Source: Octopus sinensis (Eukaryota). Taken from it: DNA of 19,697 nt. The notes beneath the pieces were generated by a model that saw nothing but the letters and a program-made list of their open reading frames with translations, had not been told where the DNA came from and searched no databases. Of this stretch, positions 9,288 through 19,290 are shown one piece after another (within the stretch, counting starts at the first letter, position 1; each line of letters opens with the position of its first letter). The translations under genes were made by a program, and so were the position numbers. The stretch lies in the NCBI RefSeq assembly GCF_006345805.1, contig NW_021824181.1, forward strand, positions 1 through 19,697. Reading direction: 5' to 3'.

Positions 9288-11733
9288 TGTGTATACATAT
9301 ATATATATATATATGTAGTGAGAGAGGCGCAGGTGTGGCTGTGTGGTAAGTAACTTGCTTACCAACCACATGGTTCCCGGTTCATTTTCACTGCATGGCA
9401 CAATGAACAAGTGTCTTCTGCTATAGCCCCAGGCTGAGCAAACCTTGTGAGTGGATTTGGTAGATGGAGACTGAAAGAAGCTCGTCGTATGTATATATAT
9501 ATAAATATGTATAAATCTATATATGTGTGTGTGTGTGTACATATATATATATATATATACATATGAGTTTGTGTATGTGTGTGTGTGTTATGTGTCTCTG
9601 TGTGTACGTGCGTGTGTTTGTGTGTCTGTGTTTGTCCCCCAACATCGCTTGACAACCGATGCTGGTGTGTTTACGTCCCCGTAAACTAGCATTTCTGCAA
9701 AAGAAATGAATAAAATAAGTACTAGGCTTACTGGGGTCGATTTGCTCGACTAACGACAGTGCTCCAGCATGGCCACATTCACATGACTGAAACAAATGCA
9801 AGAATAAAAGAATAAATGTAATTATGAACACTCACACACGCGAACACACGTATATACACACATACACACACACACATTTTGCTGCTCTATGTGTTTATTT
9901 ATTGAGTTATTCATCCTATATATATGTGTGTTTGTGTGTGTATGTATATAAATATATTTATATGCACATATGTATGTGTGTATACGCGTGTATGTATATA
10001 CAATAGAAATCTCTATTACCTACTCCCCACCCCAATCATTCCACCTGTTTAATTAATTTCATTCCTTCTCTTCTCTTTTTCTGTGAGTTTTTCTTTTAAT
10101 TCTTCACCACCCGACTCCCCTTTCAGACACCATTTTTAATGTTTTTATTCTTTTCTTTTTCAGGTTAATCCTCGAGATGAAGGTGGTCGAACACCGCTGC
10201 ACTTCGCCTGTTGGTGGGGATCCTTGCACACTGTCGATCTTTTGTTGGGTCACAATGGCATTGAAGCCAATGTGATTAACAACGATGGAGACACACCACT
10301 GCATAAGGCAGTTCAGCAGTAAGTCCCCATTGGATCTGGAATATCCAAATCTGTTTCTTTTATGTTTTCAATAATATTTGTTTCTTTTTCATTCAGTCAT
10401 TCATGTCATAATCCCACCATGGGGTCATTGTCTTTCTTCTCTCTTTTGCACTATAATCTACTTTATTAATTAATCATCACCATAATTGTTATTGTTGTTG
10501 CCTGACTGGACACTTTACTTCAACTCGTTCTCCATTTCCTCAACGTCACAGGTTCAAATCCTCTCTCTTCTTCTTTCCATCCCATCTAGAACTACTTTCT
10601 CTCTTTCTTCCTCACTCTCTCTCCTTTGTAGTTTCCCTATTTACTCGGACCCTGGGCTAAATACAGAATCATCCCCTTACAGTATTTACATTTGTCTCTT
10701 TATGTTCCATGTTCAAATCCTACCAGAATATTTACTATCACTCTGGGGTCAATATAATCTGTACCAGTAATACCCAGGGGTTCCTTTAATAAACTGTCTT
10801 CCTTCTTTTCTCCAGTTCTCGTTTCTTATTACTTTCAGAGGAAATAAATTGTGTTATTTTATTTACGACTCTTTACGTTCAGAGTTCAAATCCTGCCAAG
10901 GTCAACTTCTTCCATCTTTGCAAGGTTGATAAAATACAATACCAGTGATGTACTGGGGTTCATATGATTACCTGTAGCCCTTCTTTCCTTCCTAAATTTC
11001 ATGTTTATATAAGCTGTCAGAATTCTTAGAAGTATTTTTCCTGTCTTTACATTTCTGGGTTTACTCAGGTGTGTATATATCATTGTTCTACTGTGTAGAG
11101 TGTGTATTGAATAAATATATGTGTGTGTGAGTATGTGTGTAATAATTGCTGTAATTAAGTTATTGTGACCTAATTACATTTGTTTTCTTTAATGACCTAA
11201 TAATTATTATCTCAAGCTGTGTGATGTTTGTTTTTTTCATGTTTTTCTTTCCTTATCCTTTACTTTCAGCCAACACTATAAAGTGGTGTGTGCGATGCTG
11301 AAGCAGGTTAGTTAATAAATACATATTATATACACTCTCCAGTATTATATTGATCTGTATAATATAAATATCATCAAGGTACCAGTAAAATAATGGGAAT
11401 AGATTTAATCACATGTACTACAAATGCCTTGTGTTTGTGGAGGAATTGTATATTGATCATGTTGATGTTGATATTAGCTGTGTTGACTGTCCAACTGACC
11501 ACCACCACTGATAATAATATCTTTAATAGTGAAATAAAACAAGGTTATTATGAGATGAACCAAAATATAACAGACATCATATATATATATATATATATAT
11601 ATATTAATTGTTTCAGGCATTTGACTGCGGTCATGCTGGGGCATCACCTTGAATTTTTGGTCTACTGTATCGATCCCAGTACTTTTATTATTTTAAGCAT
11701 ACCACTTATCCTTTCAGCCTCTTTGCTGTACCA

Positions 11734-11785
<52 letters not shown>

Positions 11786-12579
11786 AAACACTCACACACA
11801 CACATACATAGGCACACAGCTATTATGAAGCTTCTTTCAGTTTTCATTTACCAAATCCACTAACAAGATTTTGTTCAGCTCTAGGTAAGAGTGGAATATA
11901 CTTGCCTGAGTTTGCATGCAGAGGGATTCAACGTAGAACCGTGTATGGTTGGGAAAAAAGCTTCTTATTCTACAACCATGTATATATGTATGGGTGTGTT
12001 GTACTCATTTCTGTGTAAATATATATACATACATAACTTAGAATAACTTAGAAAGGTTTTGGCCAGTATTGGCCCAAGCCATGTCTAACTTAATAGCACC
12101 ACCTGGCGAAGTTTTTCAGTTCAGGATTTGGGCACCAAGGCCCATTCGAGCAGAGAGTTATTGTTTGCGGAGACATATCCGAGTGTGGGTGGTTTGTCCG
12201 GTACTGTTTGAAGGAATTTGTCCAAAGACTTCTTGAATTTTGTGTGGTCAGTTTCTTTTTTGACGTGTCCTGGTGTAATGTTGAAGAGAGCGGGTCCAAT
12301 TGAGGTAAAATAGTTGTGCCGTATTGTCGTTATGTGATGCGATTTAGATTTTTGTTGTGGACGGATGGCACGTGGTCCAAGCCTTGGATGTATTTTGAAG
12401 GTGATGCCAACATCATTCGAACAGTGCTGATGGAATATTTTCCACATCATACAGATAATGTAGCGTTCACGGCGTCGTTGGAGTGAATACAATTTCAGCT
12501 TCTCTAGTCTACCCCAGTAGTCAAGGTCTGACATGCCATACATACATACATACACATATGTATATATGTATAGACATAG

Positions 12580-12644
<65 letters not shown>

Positions 12645-12770
12645 ATATATGTATATATATATGTATATATATATACATATATATATATGTATATATATAT
12701 ATGTATATATATATATGTATATATATATATGTAATATATATATTATATATAAATATATATATATATCTAA

Positions 12771-12801
<31 letters not shown>

Positions 12802-12997
12802 TATATATATATATATTATATATATATATAATATGTATATGTCTATATATTTGTATAGAGAGAGACATATACATACATATATATATATGTACTGGAGATG
12901 CATGGATTTATGGTTAGATCGTATGTGATCTTCTTCTAGCACATGGCTGTCCACATAGTGGTTTTTAGCCCTAAATATACACATGTGTATATATATA

Positions 12998-13036
<39 letters not shown>

Positions 13037-16000
13037 AATAATATATTTTTTAACCAATGATAATTTTGATTGTTATTTTCATATTTGTGTATGTCTGTCT
13101 CTATTTGTGCGTTATAGCCATCATCGTCATCACCATCATCGTCATCATTATCATCATTTAACATCCACTCACCATACTGGCATGTGTCGGCTGGTTTGAC
13201 AGGAGATTATGAGTCGGTGAGCTGCCCCACGTTCCTGTCTGATTTGGCATAGTTTCTACAGCTTGATGTCCTTCTTAATGCCAACCACCCCAGGTGTGTA
13301 ATTGGTGTTTCACATGCCACCGGCACGGGTGCCACTTGCATGACACCGACAATGGCCACGACTACGATTCACGGATGGTTGCCATTTAAATGGCACCACC
13401 AACGACGATAATTCCCAGGTGCCAATTTACATGGCACCATCGGTGACCACAACTATGATACCCAGGTGTCATTGACATGGCACCGGAAGCGAACAGCCAC
13501 GGCTATGATGCACGGCTGCCACTTATAGGACACTGGCACGACCACATCCTTATCGTCACTTGGCCTGACATGTCCTCTCCCGCAGAGAATATCACCAGGG
13601 CTCTCGGTCACTTGTCATCTCCTCTATGATGTCCAACGGTTGGAGATCATTCTTCATCAACTCATCGAAAGTCTTCTTGGGTCTCCGTCTTCCAAAGGAT
13701 CCTTCCACAGTTAGAGATCGGCACTTTTTGACACAGCTGTCCATGTCCATACACATCGCAAGACCATACCAACGCAGACGTCTCTCTTGCACACCCTATT
13801 TGATGTCTTCAATGCTCAGCTTTTCTCTCAAGACTCCTATACTCTGTCGTACATGCACACTGAGATTGTACATCCAGCGAGGCATACTGGCTTCATTTCT
13901 TTCAAGCCTATGGAAGTCCTCAGAGAGGTCACATCCCATGTTTCACTGACATGTAACATAGTTGTTTACACACAGGCATCATAACGTCTGCCTTTCAATC
14001 TCAGGGAGACGCTCTTTGTTACCATTAGAGTTAAGATCACTCTGAACTTTGCACGTCTTATTCTTATTCTTGCAGCTACACTCAAGGAAGAACAAACCAC
14101 ACTCCTGACTTGGCCACCTAGATAGCGGAAACTATCAACTCCCAGTAGCTTACTTACCTACCTGGCAATTGATGGGCTCTATTTTCTCTACATTTGTGCT
14201 GTTTATTGTACTGTGCACCTTCCAAACAGAAAAACTATTATCCCTGTTAACCTTCCTCTGATATTGCTGCAACACTTATGTGTCCATACCTTACACTGGG
14301 CACATTTATGAAATTCCTACCTACGCTTTTTCTACAGATCGAACAGTGCCATCTTCCTAAGGGGATTTGTGAATTGTCCGCTTTCCTACTTACCAAGACC
14401 GGTTTTGTTAGACTAAGTTTAGGGTCCTTTGGTTCTAGTCCTTACTGATATACCTAAAATTTACCTAGTTCTGAAAGTTATTCGGCTATGATAACAAGGT
14501 CATCAGCATTGGGGATCTCCTAGAAGCAGTTCATCTTAAATTCCTCTGTTATTGCCTGGAGGACTCTGATAAACAGGAAGGAGCTAAGGACTAATCCATG
14601 GTGAACCCCTACTTGTACCCTAATTCATTGCTACACACGATGCCAAACCTCACCTTACTGACAGCATCCCTGTACATGGCTTGTAACGCTCTCACCAACC
14701 ATTCGTCCATCCCTAGTTTTTGCAGTGACCGCCAAATAAGGGATCAAGGGATCCTGTCAAAGCCTTTCTCCGTGTTTAACAAAGGCCCAGTACAAGAGTT
14801 TATCTTTGGCTTTGTACTTCTCCTGCAGCCGCCTTATCAGGAATATAGCATCAGAGGTGCTTCGCTGTGGCACAAAACCAAATTGCATCTCTTCTGGTCT
14901 AACACACATCCTAATTATTTTGTCTGTGACCCTCTCTGTAATTTTCATTGCTTCATCTAATAGTTTGATACTTCTGTAATTCTTCCCGTCCAAAGCATCA
15001 TCTTCCCTGTATGTGTGTGTGTGTGTGCGTGTGTATTTGTAAATATTTGGAATTTGTGTATACATTTAGAAGTATGACGCTTAAAGATCTTTCGCTGATT
15101 CGGTTACCTCATGTCATCCACAGTTGAGCTATAAGTGACACTGGATCTACCTCATGTATTCTGCAGTGTTCGTTCAGTTTATAATGACTGAGGGAAGCAG
15201 AAAATGGAGTTAACGAGAATTTTCATTCATCGCAACGATTGTTTCAATCCATCTTGCATCGGGCCCTTGCAGGTAGGATATTGTATAACTGGTTGTGGGA
15301 CATCCTCCGGTGCAGATGCATGTCATCGGGTGTCTCTTTTTTAAAGAAGATACCTCTGTAAATATATTCGGTTTCGCTTGGAATGTTGTTTTGCCAGGAG
15401 GCTGTTGTCTCTCATGTTGTAATCCAAGAAGCTCCTAGCAACAACATGTCAAGTGAAACTGAATATATTTAGTGAGGTATCTTTACATTAAAACAAGGCA
15501 CCCGATGAGATGCATCTGCACTGGAGGATGCAACACAACACGTTGTATAGTAGCCCACCCGCAAGCGACCGATGCAAGATGGGTCGAAACGGTCGTTGTG
15601 ATGCATATTCTCGTGAACTCCGTTTCCCCAATTCATTATATGTATTTATATATGTAACACTGATGTTTATGTGTGTGTGCGTGCGTGCGCATTAGTTTTA
15701 TGCATGTGGACGCTAACCGGCTCAGCAGTTTTATGAACCCCTTATTAATGTAGCAACGTCAAAAGTAAACATTAGAAATTATAATTCTTCTTTACTTGAC
15801 TTGATCTGCTAATCATGTGTTTACTCTAGTTCTGTTGCCCTACAACTTACTATAGTGAGGGGCAAATGTAGGACATCTTAATATGTTTATCATGTCTCAC
15901 ACACACATGTATCAGGTTATAGAAGGTCCTTATGGAAGATTTATTTCACTGACAAACATCAAATGTATTTGATCAGTTTGATCTAGTACCCAGTAGAAAA

Positions 16001-16282
16001 CTGTAATGACATTGATATCAACCCTGATTTTCATGTAAATTTTCATTTTCCATTTTTACCTCCACAAAGGATTCGGTGAATTTAGAAATTGTGAACAAAA
16101 AATATAGGACACCATTGCTTGAAGCTGTCTCGGACGGTCACCTCGGAATAATGCAGCGGCTGATAGCCAGGGGCACGAATGTAAATGTTGTTGAACATGG
16201 AGGAAATAATTGCCTGCATCTGGCGTTAAAAAGAAAAAACAACTTTCATTCTGAGGTGGAGCACATGACCATGTTAGATCAG
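3237..16282 (+). CDS. Multi-exon ankyrin-repeat protein, 3'-partial: join(3237..3314,6203..6363,7863..7908,10164..10318,11270..11306,16070..16282), 230 aa visible
   Basis: The six exons have AG acceptors after pyrimidine tracts and GTAAGT or GTTAGT donors. Intron phases 0,2,0,2,0 join into one stop-free frame: [230 protein letters not shown]. GxTPLHxA ankyrin motifs recur about every 33-34 aa. Confidence 0.9.
3482..3692 (+). mobile_element. tRNA-derived SINE, family B (Nin/Deu-domain-like core)
   Basis: TGGCAGAATCATTAG head, B-box-like GAGATCAAATTCC, and core GAGGTCGACTTTTCTTGTCATCCTTCCTAGGTCGGTATATTAAGTACTAG. The core resembles the Nin/Deu SINE domain from memory. Related copies lie at 10680-11010. 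Confidence 0.65.
5050..5990 (+). mobile_element. Decayed non-LTR retrotransposon fragment, R2-group/RLE type (HERO-like), post-RT region plus CCHC knuckle
   Basis: ORF fragments [21 protein letters not shown] and [37 protein letters not shown] are followed, after a TAA and a frameshift, by [17 protein letters not shown] (C-x2-C-x7-H-x4-C). Multiple frameshifts. The clade name is from recognition. Confidence 0.7.
5990..6158 (+). repeat. GA-rich purine tract ending in (GA)n
   Basis: Direct reading; it ends about 45 nt before the exon 2 acceptor. Confidence 0.9.
6203..6363 (+). CDS. Ankyrin gene coding exon 2 (about 1.5 repeats)
   Basis: Acceptor TTACAG at 6197-6202, donor GAG|GTAAGT. Contains GTTPLIFAS and GWTALHWAV motifs. 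161 nt, ends in phase 2. Confidence 0.92.
6496..6518 (+). repeat. (CAA)n microsatellite
   Basis: Direct reading of the sequence. Confidence 0.9.
6576..7792 (+). repeat. About 1.2-kb degenerate (GAT)n trinucleotide tract with internal block duplications
   Basis: Direct reading; it fills most of the intron between coding exons 2 and 3. Confidence 0.95.
7863..7908 (+). CDS. Ankyrin gene coding exon 3 (second helix of repeat 2)
   Basis: Acceptor CCCTCAG at 7856-7862, donor GAG|GTAAGT. 46 nt, completes the AG+G Arg codon, and encodes [15 protein letters not shown]. Confidence 0.88.
8260..8558. repeat. Cluster of (TA)n/(CA)n microsatellites
   Basis: Direct reading of the sequence. Confidence 0.9.
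8849..9250 (+). mobile_element. Family A SINE, near full length
   Basis: A-box TGGCTGTGTGG at 8859-8869, B-box GGTTCAGTCCC at 8902-8912, internal (TA)n, and an A-rich tail. Confidence 0.88.
9326..9815 (+). mobile_element. Family A SINE, near full length
   Basis: Colinear with 8849-9250 (head, internal TA/TG microsatellite, GTGCTCCAGCATGGCCAC, A-rich AAGAAT tail). Confidence 0.88.
10164..10318 (+). CDS. Ankyrin gene coding exon 4 (about 1.5 repeats)
   Basis: Acceptor TTTTTCAG ending at 10163, donor GCA|GTAAGT. Contains GRTPLHFAC and GDTPLHKAV motifs. 155 nt, ends in phase 2. It is absent from the ORF track because it has no start codon. Confidence 0.92.
10680..11010 (+). mobile_element. Two tandem decayed family B SINE copies
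   Basis: TCTTTA(T/C)GTTC...GTTCAAATCCT at 10711 and 10884, each followed by GGG(G)TC/GGTTGATAAA...TACCAGT, similar to 3482-3692. Confidence 0.55.
11270..11306 (+). CDS. Ankyrin gene coding exon 5 (second helix of repeat 4)
   Basis: Long pyrimidine tract with TTTCAG ending at 11269, donor CAG|GTTAGT. 37 nt, completes the CA+C His codon, and encodes [12 protein letters not shown]. Confidence 0.82.
11608..11978 (-). mobile_element. Diverged family A SINE, reverse orientation
   Basis: The reverse complement of 11829-11880 matches 9433-9482 at 44/51. The tail TTGTTTCAG...TTGACTGCGGTCATGCTGG is the reverse complement of the family A 3' end, and there is an internal (CA)n. Confidence 0.8.
12033..12537 (-). 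mobile_element. 5'-truncated CR1/L2-group LINE 3' end (ORF2 C-terminus, 3' UTR and short tandem tail)
   Basis: 138 stop-free codons [28 protein letters not shown]...GPALFN...[14 protein letters not shown] end at the stop at 12121-12123. The tail is a 10-mer x2 (ATAACTTAGA at 12033-12052). Confidence 0.75.
12538..13050. repeat. Long compound (TACA)n/(TA)n microsatellite region
   Basis: Direct reading; interrupted by unique sequence at about 12890-12975. Confidence 0.93.
13120..15008 (-). mobile_element. Decayed 5'-truncated RTE-clade LINE
   Basis: The minus strand shows [30 protein letters not shown], a YADD-site remnant NADD (14499-14510), and ERRLRWYG...RRRPKKT. It ends in a 3' UTR and an (ATG)n-like tail at 13120-13155. 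Many stops and frameshifts. Confidence 0.85.
13328..13550. repeat. Five-unit, 41-49-bp degenerate minisatellite with a palindromic core GGTGCCA-N5-7-TGGCACC
   Basis: Cores start at about 13328, 13377, 13418, 13465 and 13514. A perfect 16-bp palindrome TGCCATTTAAATGGCA lies at 13380-13395. Confidence 0.75.
15180..15640. mobile_element. Fold-back or MITE-like element with about 170-bp imperfect inverted arms and a 117-nt spacer
   Basis: Arms are 15180-15356 and 15474-15640. The core 15249-15332 matches the reverse complement of 15499-15582 ungapped at 69/84. Ends read TA-TAATGA...TCATTA-TA. Confidence 0.7.
16070..16282 (+). CDS. Ankyrin gene coding exon 6 (two repeats)
   Basis: Acceptor CACAAAG ending at 16069, donor CAG|GTAAGT. 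213 nt, phase 0 at both ends. Contains RTPLLEAV and GNNCLHLAL motifs. Confidence 0.92.
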
Positions 16283-16302
16283 GTAAGTTTTCACATTGTT
16301 TG

Positions 16303-16305
16303 TGA

Positions 16306-16338
<33 letters not shown>

Positions 16339-16409
16339 TTTGTGCGTCTGTGTGTGTGTGTTTGTGTGTGTGTGCGTGTGTGTGTGCATTTGTGCGTCTG
16401 TGTGTGTGT
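16303..16409. repeat. (TG)n microsatellite with a duplicated GTGCATTTGTGCGTCTGTGTGTGTG unit
   Basis: Direct reading; it begins about 20 nt after the exon 6 donor. Confidence 0.9.
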
Positions 16410-17427
16410 AAAATAGACAAACTGACAGAGAAAGACAGACAGAAACAGACATTGTTTATATCGCAATTCTCACCTACCAACCCCATCCTCCATTACCATT
16501 TCCTGATCCAGTCACAATGGTAACCCTTAGTTATATTATTATGTAACAAACACTATTCTCTATCCGTCCCCTTCCGTCCTCAAAGGCACGACCTCTCCAT
16601 GGTAGAGAAGGTGATCCATCTCGAATGTTGGCCATACAAACACGGTCATCAAAATTTGAAGGAGAAATGATCTATTCAAGACAGGAGATATTATTCTGAA
16701 TTAACAATGATACTGGGTAGAAGAGAGGTTCATATGATAGACAGTAACATTTATAGTGCTGGTGCCATGATAATAAATACATCTTGTCCATTCCATGAAG
16801 AATTCTGCCTGAAACAGCTCTCTGTCACATTTCTTTTATATAATACTAGCAGCATAGCCGGCATTGCCTGGGTATGTAAGAGCCCCTAGTAGGCAACGAC
16901 TAATCCCAATCTAGTCCTTTCCCTCTTGGAACGAAGGCGCATGTGTAGGTTGCAATATCTTCTCTTCACTCGAATACTTCTGTGTATACGATGTTCCTAG
17001 CTGTCCCTTTGGGCGATAAAAAGGTCGAGTTGCGTCCTCTAGACAGAAGATGTGTTGCATATAAAAGTTTAGATTCTCGACCCCATGTCGAATTTATCGA
17101 ATTTTTTTCAGAACTGGGGGAACTTTTCAAAATTTTCGCTGCGTTAGTTTTGAATTATGACATTGGGCTATTCCCATATGAATAAAGCTCACTACAGATG
17201 ACTGACTACTATTCAGGCAGTTGATGGTCATCTGTGTATTGTTGTAATGTCTACTTTGGTGAGAGGAACCTACTCTGACAGCCAGCGACCTCCCCACCTA
17301 CTGGAATAGTCCATCAGACTAACACTGAACAAATTATCAACTATGCGTTGGTGTTCTGCCTCAACTGTGACACCGATTCTTACTTCCCTACTTCACTTTC
17401 TTCATCAAAAGATGTTTCCTTATAATT

Positions 17428-18027
17428 CATCATCATCATCATCATGATAATGTATCGACTGTTTTCAAAGCTGGCATGGGTTCGACGCTTTGACAGAAGC
17501 TGGTCAGCTGAAAAGCTACCTGGGCTCCATATCTCTTTTCGCATTGTTTCGACAGTTGGACGTCCTTCCTAATGCCACCCAATTTACATAATGTACTGCG
17601 TGCTTTTCTGCAGCACCGACACGGATATTTGTATGTGACACCAGCATGGGTGATTTTTCCGAAGCATCAGCACCCATGATCCCACAAGATTAGGATATCT
17701 CAGACGAAGAATGATACAGGGGTCATGACAGTATGCAAGGACAACGACGACTTAGCTTGGCATATCATCTCAAGTACAGCAGACTGCCAAAAGTATCGCT
17801 CCCATTTCATCCCCTCTGTGAGGCCCAACGTCTGACGGTCCTTTCTCACCACATTATTGCACGTCTTTCTGGGTCTACCCCCTCCACACATTCCCTCCAC
17901 AATGAGAGATCACCACTTCTTGATGAAGCTATCTTCATCCATATGCATCACATAACCTACCATGGTAGACTTCTCTCTTGCGCACAAAATCCGATGCCTT
18001 ATATACCCTGTTTTTCTCTCCAATCCA
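17428..18027 (-). mobile_element. Short 5'-truncated RTE-clade LINE 3' end
   Basis: The minus strand gives EGMCGGGRPRKT...RKDRQTLGLTE, similar to the C-terminus of the 13120-15008 copy. It has the shared 3' UTR motif and a (CAT)n tail at 17428-17445. Confidence 0.8.
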
Positions 18028-18401
18028 CTTAATTAAAGAAACATTATTGATCTGCGTGGATATGTCTATGTGGTGTTGATTTAGTTGTTATGTCTGAAGG
18101 CCTTGCTATGTTGTTGCTGTTCTCTTTTCTGGTATAACTTATATTATTTGTGGTGTTATTCATATCTATAAGACAGTCCTTTGACGAAAATTTTATGCAC
18201 ATTTTGCTTTGGAGGTTAATGGCAGCCAAACCGAGGCAAGGATACTAAATGCGTGGTGAGAATGAGACCCGCGATGGTTAAAATTCGCAAGCTATAAGAT
18301 GTGGTTGCTATGGCAAAAAGAGTGATTTTTTGATCCCTCTATAACGATGTCTCTCTGTCACTCTTTCTTGCACCACCTCTCTCACTGTACATCTGTCTGT
18401 A

Positions 18402-19290
18402 TCTATAGACAGAAAGCGATGACAACCGCAAAAGTTTAAATATTCTCGCCACAGGTCTTTTAGAACGGTGAAGTGAATTAATATCGCCCACCTCCATCGC
18501 ACAGTCATAACAGATATTATTAAACAGATATATTGTGTTAATTTATATATATACTGTGTGCATATGTGGTTGGATTGTGCTAAAAATATGCACACCTATG
18601 TTAAAAGTGCTAGCGAGTTTGTATTGGAACTTCGAATTTGCTCAATTGAAAGGCATGGACTCTAGGGCAAAATTCCTCATCTTTTAAAATGTGGCCCGCT
18701 TAGACCCGAATGAAATCGGGTTATAATACCAAAACGAGTAAAACAATAATAAACTATTTTAATCCTGAACAAGGCCGGGTATGTATTTCTAATCTATCAA
18801 ATGAAGAAGGCGAACGATGATACAAATTGGATTTTTATGTAAATAGATATGTGTAATTGGGCCTGGAGGGGATTACAATTTAAAAGAGGGGGTAACTTGC
18901 GGTGAGAAATTGTTTGAGAGACTTTTGGGGCGCTACTGTGGTCGTTTTGGTGTGAAAATGGGGATTTATGATTTTGGGGGACAATTGGGGGTTTAGATTG
19001 GACACCTTTTGCCTGATTTCAATCAAATTTTCAACATGGTAAAGTAGAAGATTGTAATTTAAGCACGGAAATCTAATTTTTTATAAATGGGAGATAGATA
19101 GATAGAGAAAGATAAAAAGCAAGAGAAAGTGAGGGAGAGTCCGAGATAAAGGAAGAGTAAGAGAGTGGGGATGCGAGAGAGAAAGGAGAGAGGAACAAAG
19201 AGGGTGAATATGGCGATAAGAAACAACGGAAGCAACAGAAAGAAACAATCACACCCCTCACCACGCGTAGAGCGGGTCACCTTAAGCTAG
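18402..19290 (+). mobile_element. Two probable head-to-tail non-autonomous Helitrons (about 18402-18792 and 18793-19290)
   Basis: A|TC starts at 18402 and 18793. One end is a degenerate GC hairpin plus CTAA (18789-18792); the other is CCACGCGTAGAGCGG, an 11-nt spacer, then CTAG|T (19287-19291). The hairpins are imperfect, so the call is tentative. Confidence 0.45.

Noticed and set aside
12483-13164. YIYIYI-type ORFs (similar ones at 1461-1743, 8257-8637 and 9255-10006)
   Set aside because: They are dinucleotide-repeat translations. Only the part of ORF 12121..12678 below 12537 is meaningful (LINE).
13328-13550. CRISPR-like appearance (palindromic repeats with linkers)
   Set aside because: The context is eukaryotic with no cas genes, the repeats are degenerate, and the linkers resemble each other. 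It is a minisatellite.
16283-16411. C-terminal VCVCVC extension of ORF 16076..16411
   Set aside because: It is read-through past a consensus CAG|GTAAGT donor into (TG)n.
17112-17147. Possible terminal exon after TTTTTTTCAG (NWGNFSKFSLR then stop)
   Set aside because: It does not continue the ankyrin pattern and has no other support. The next real exon is probably beyond the window.
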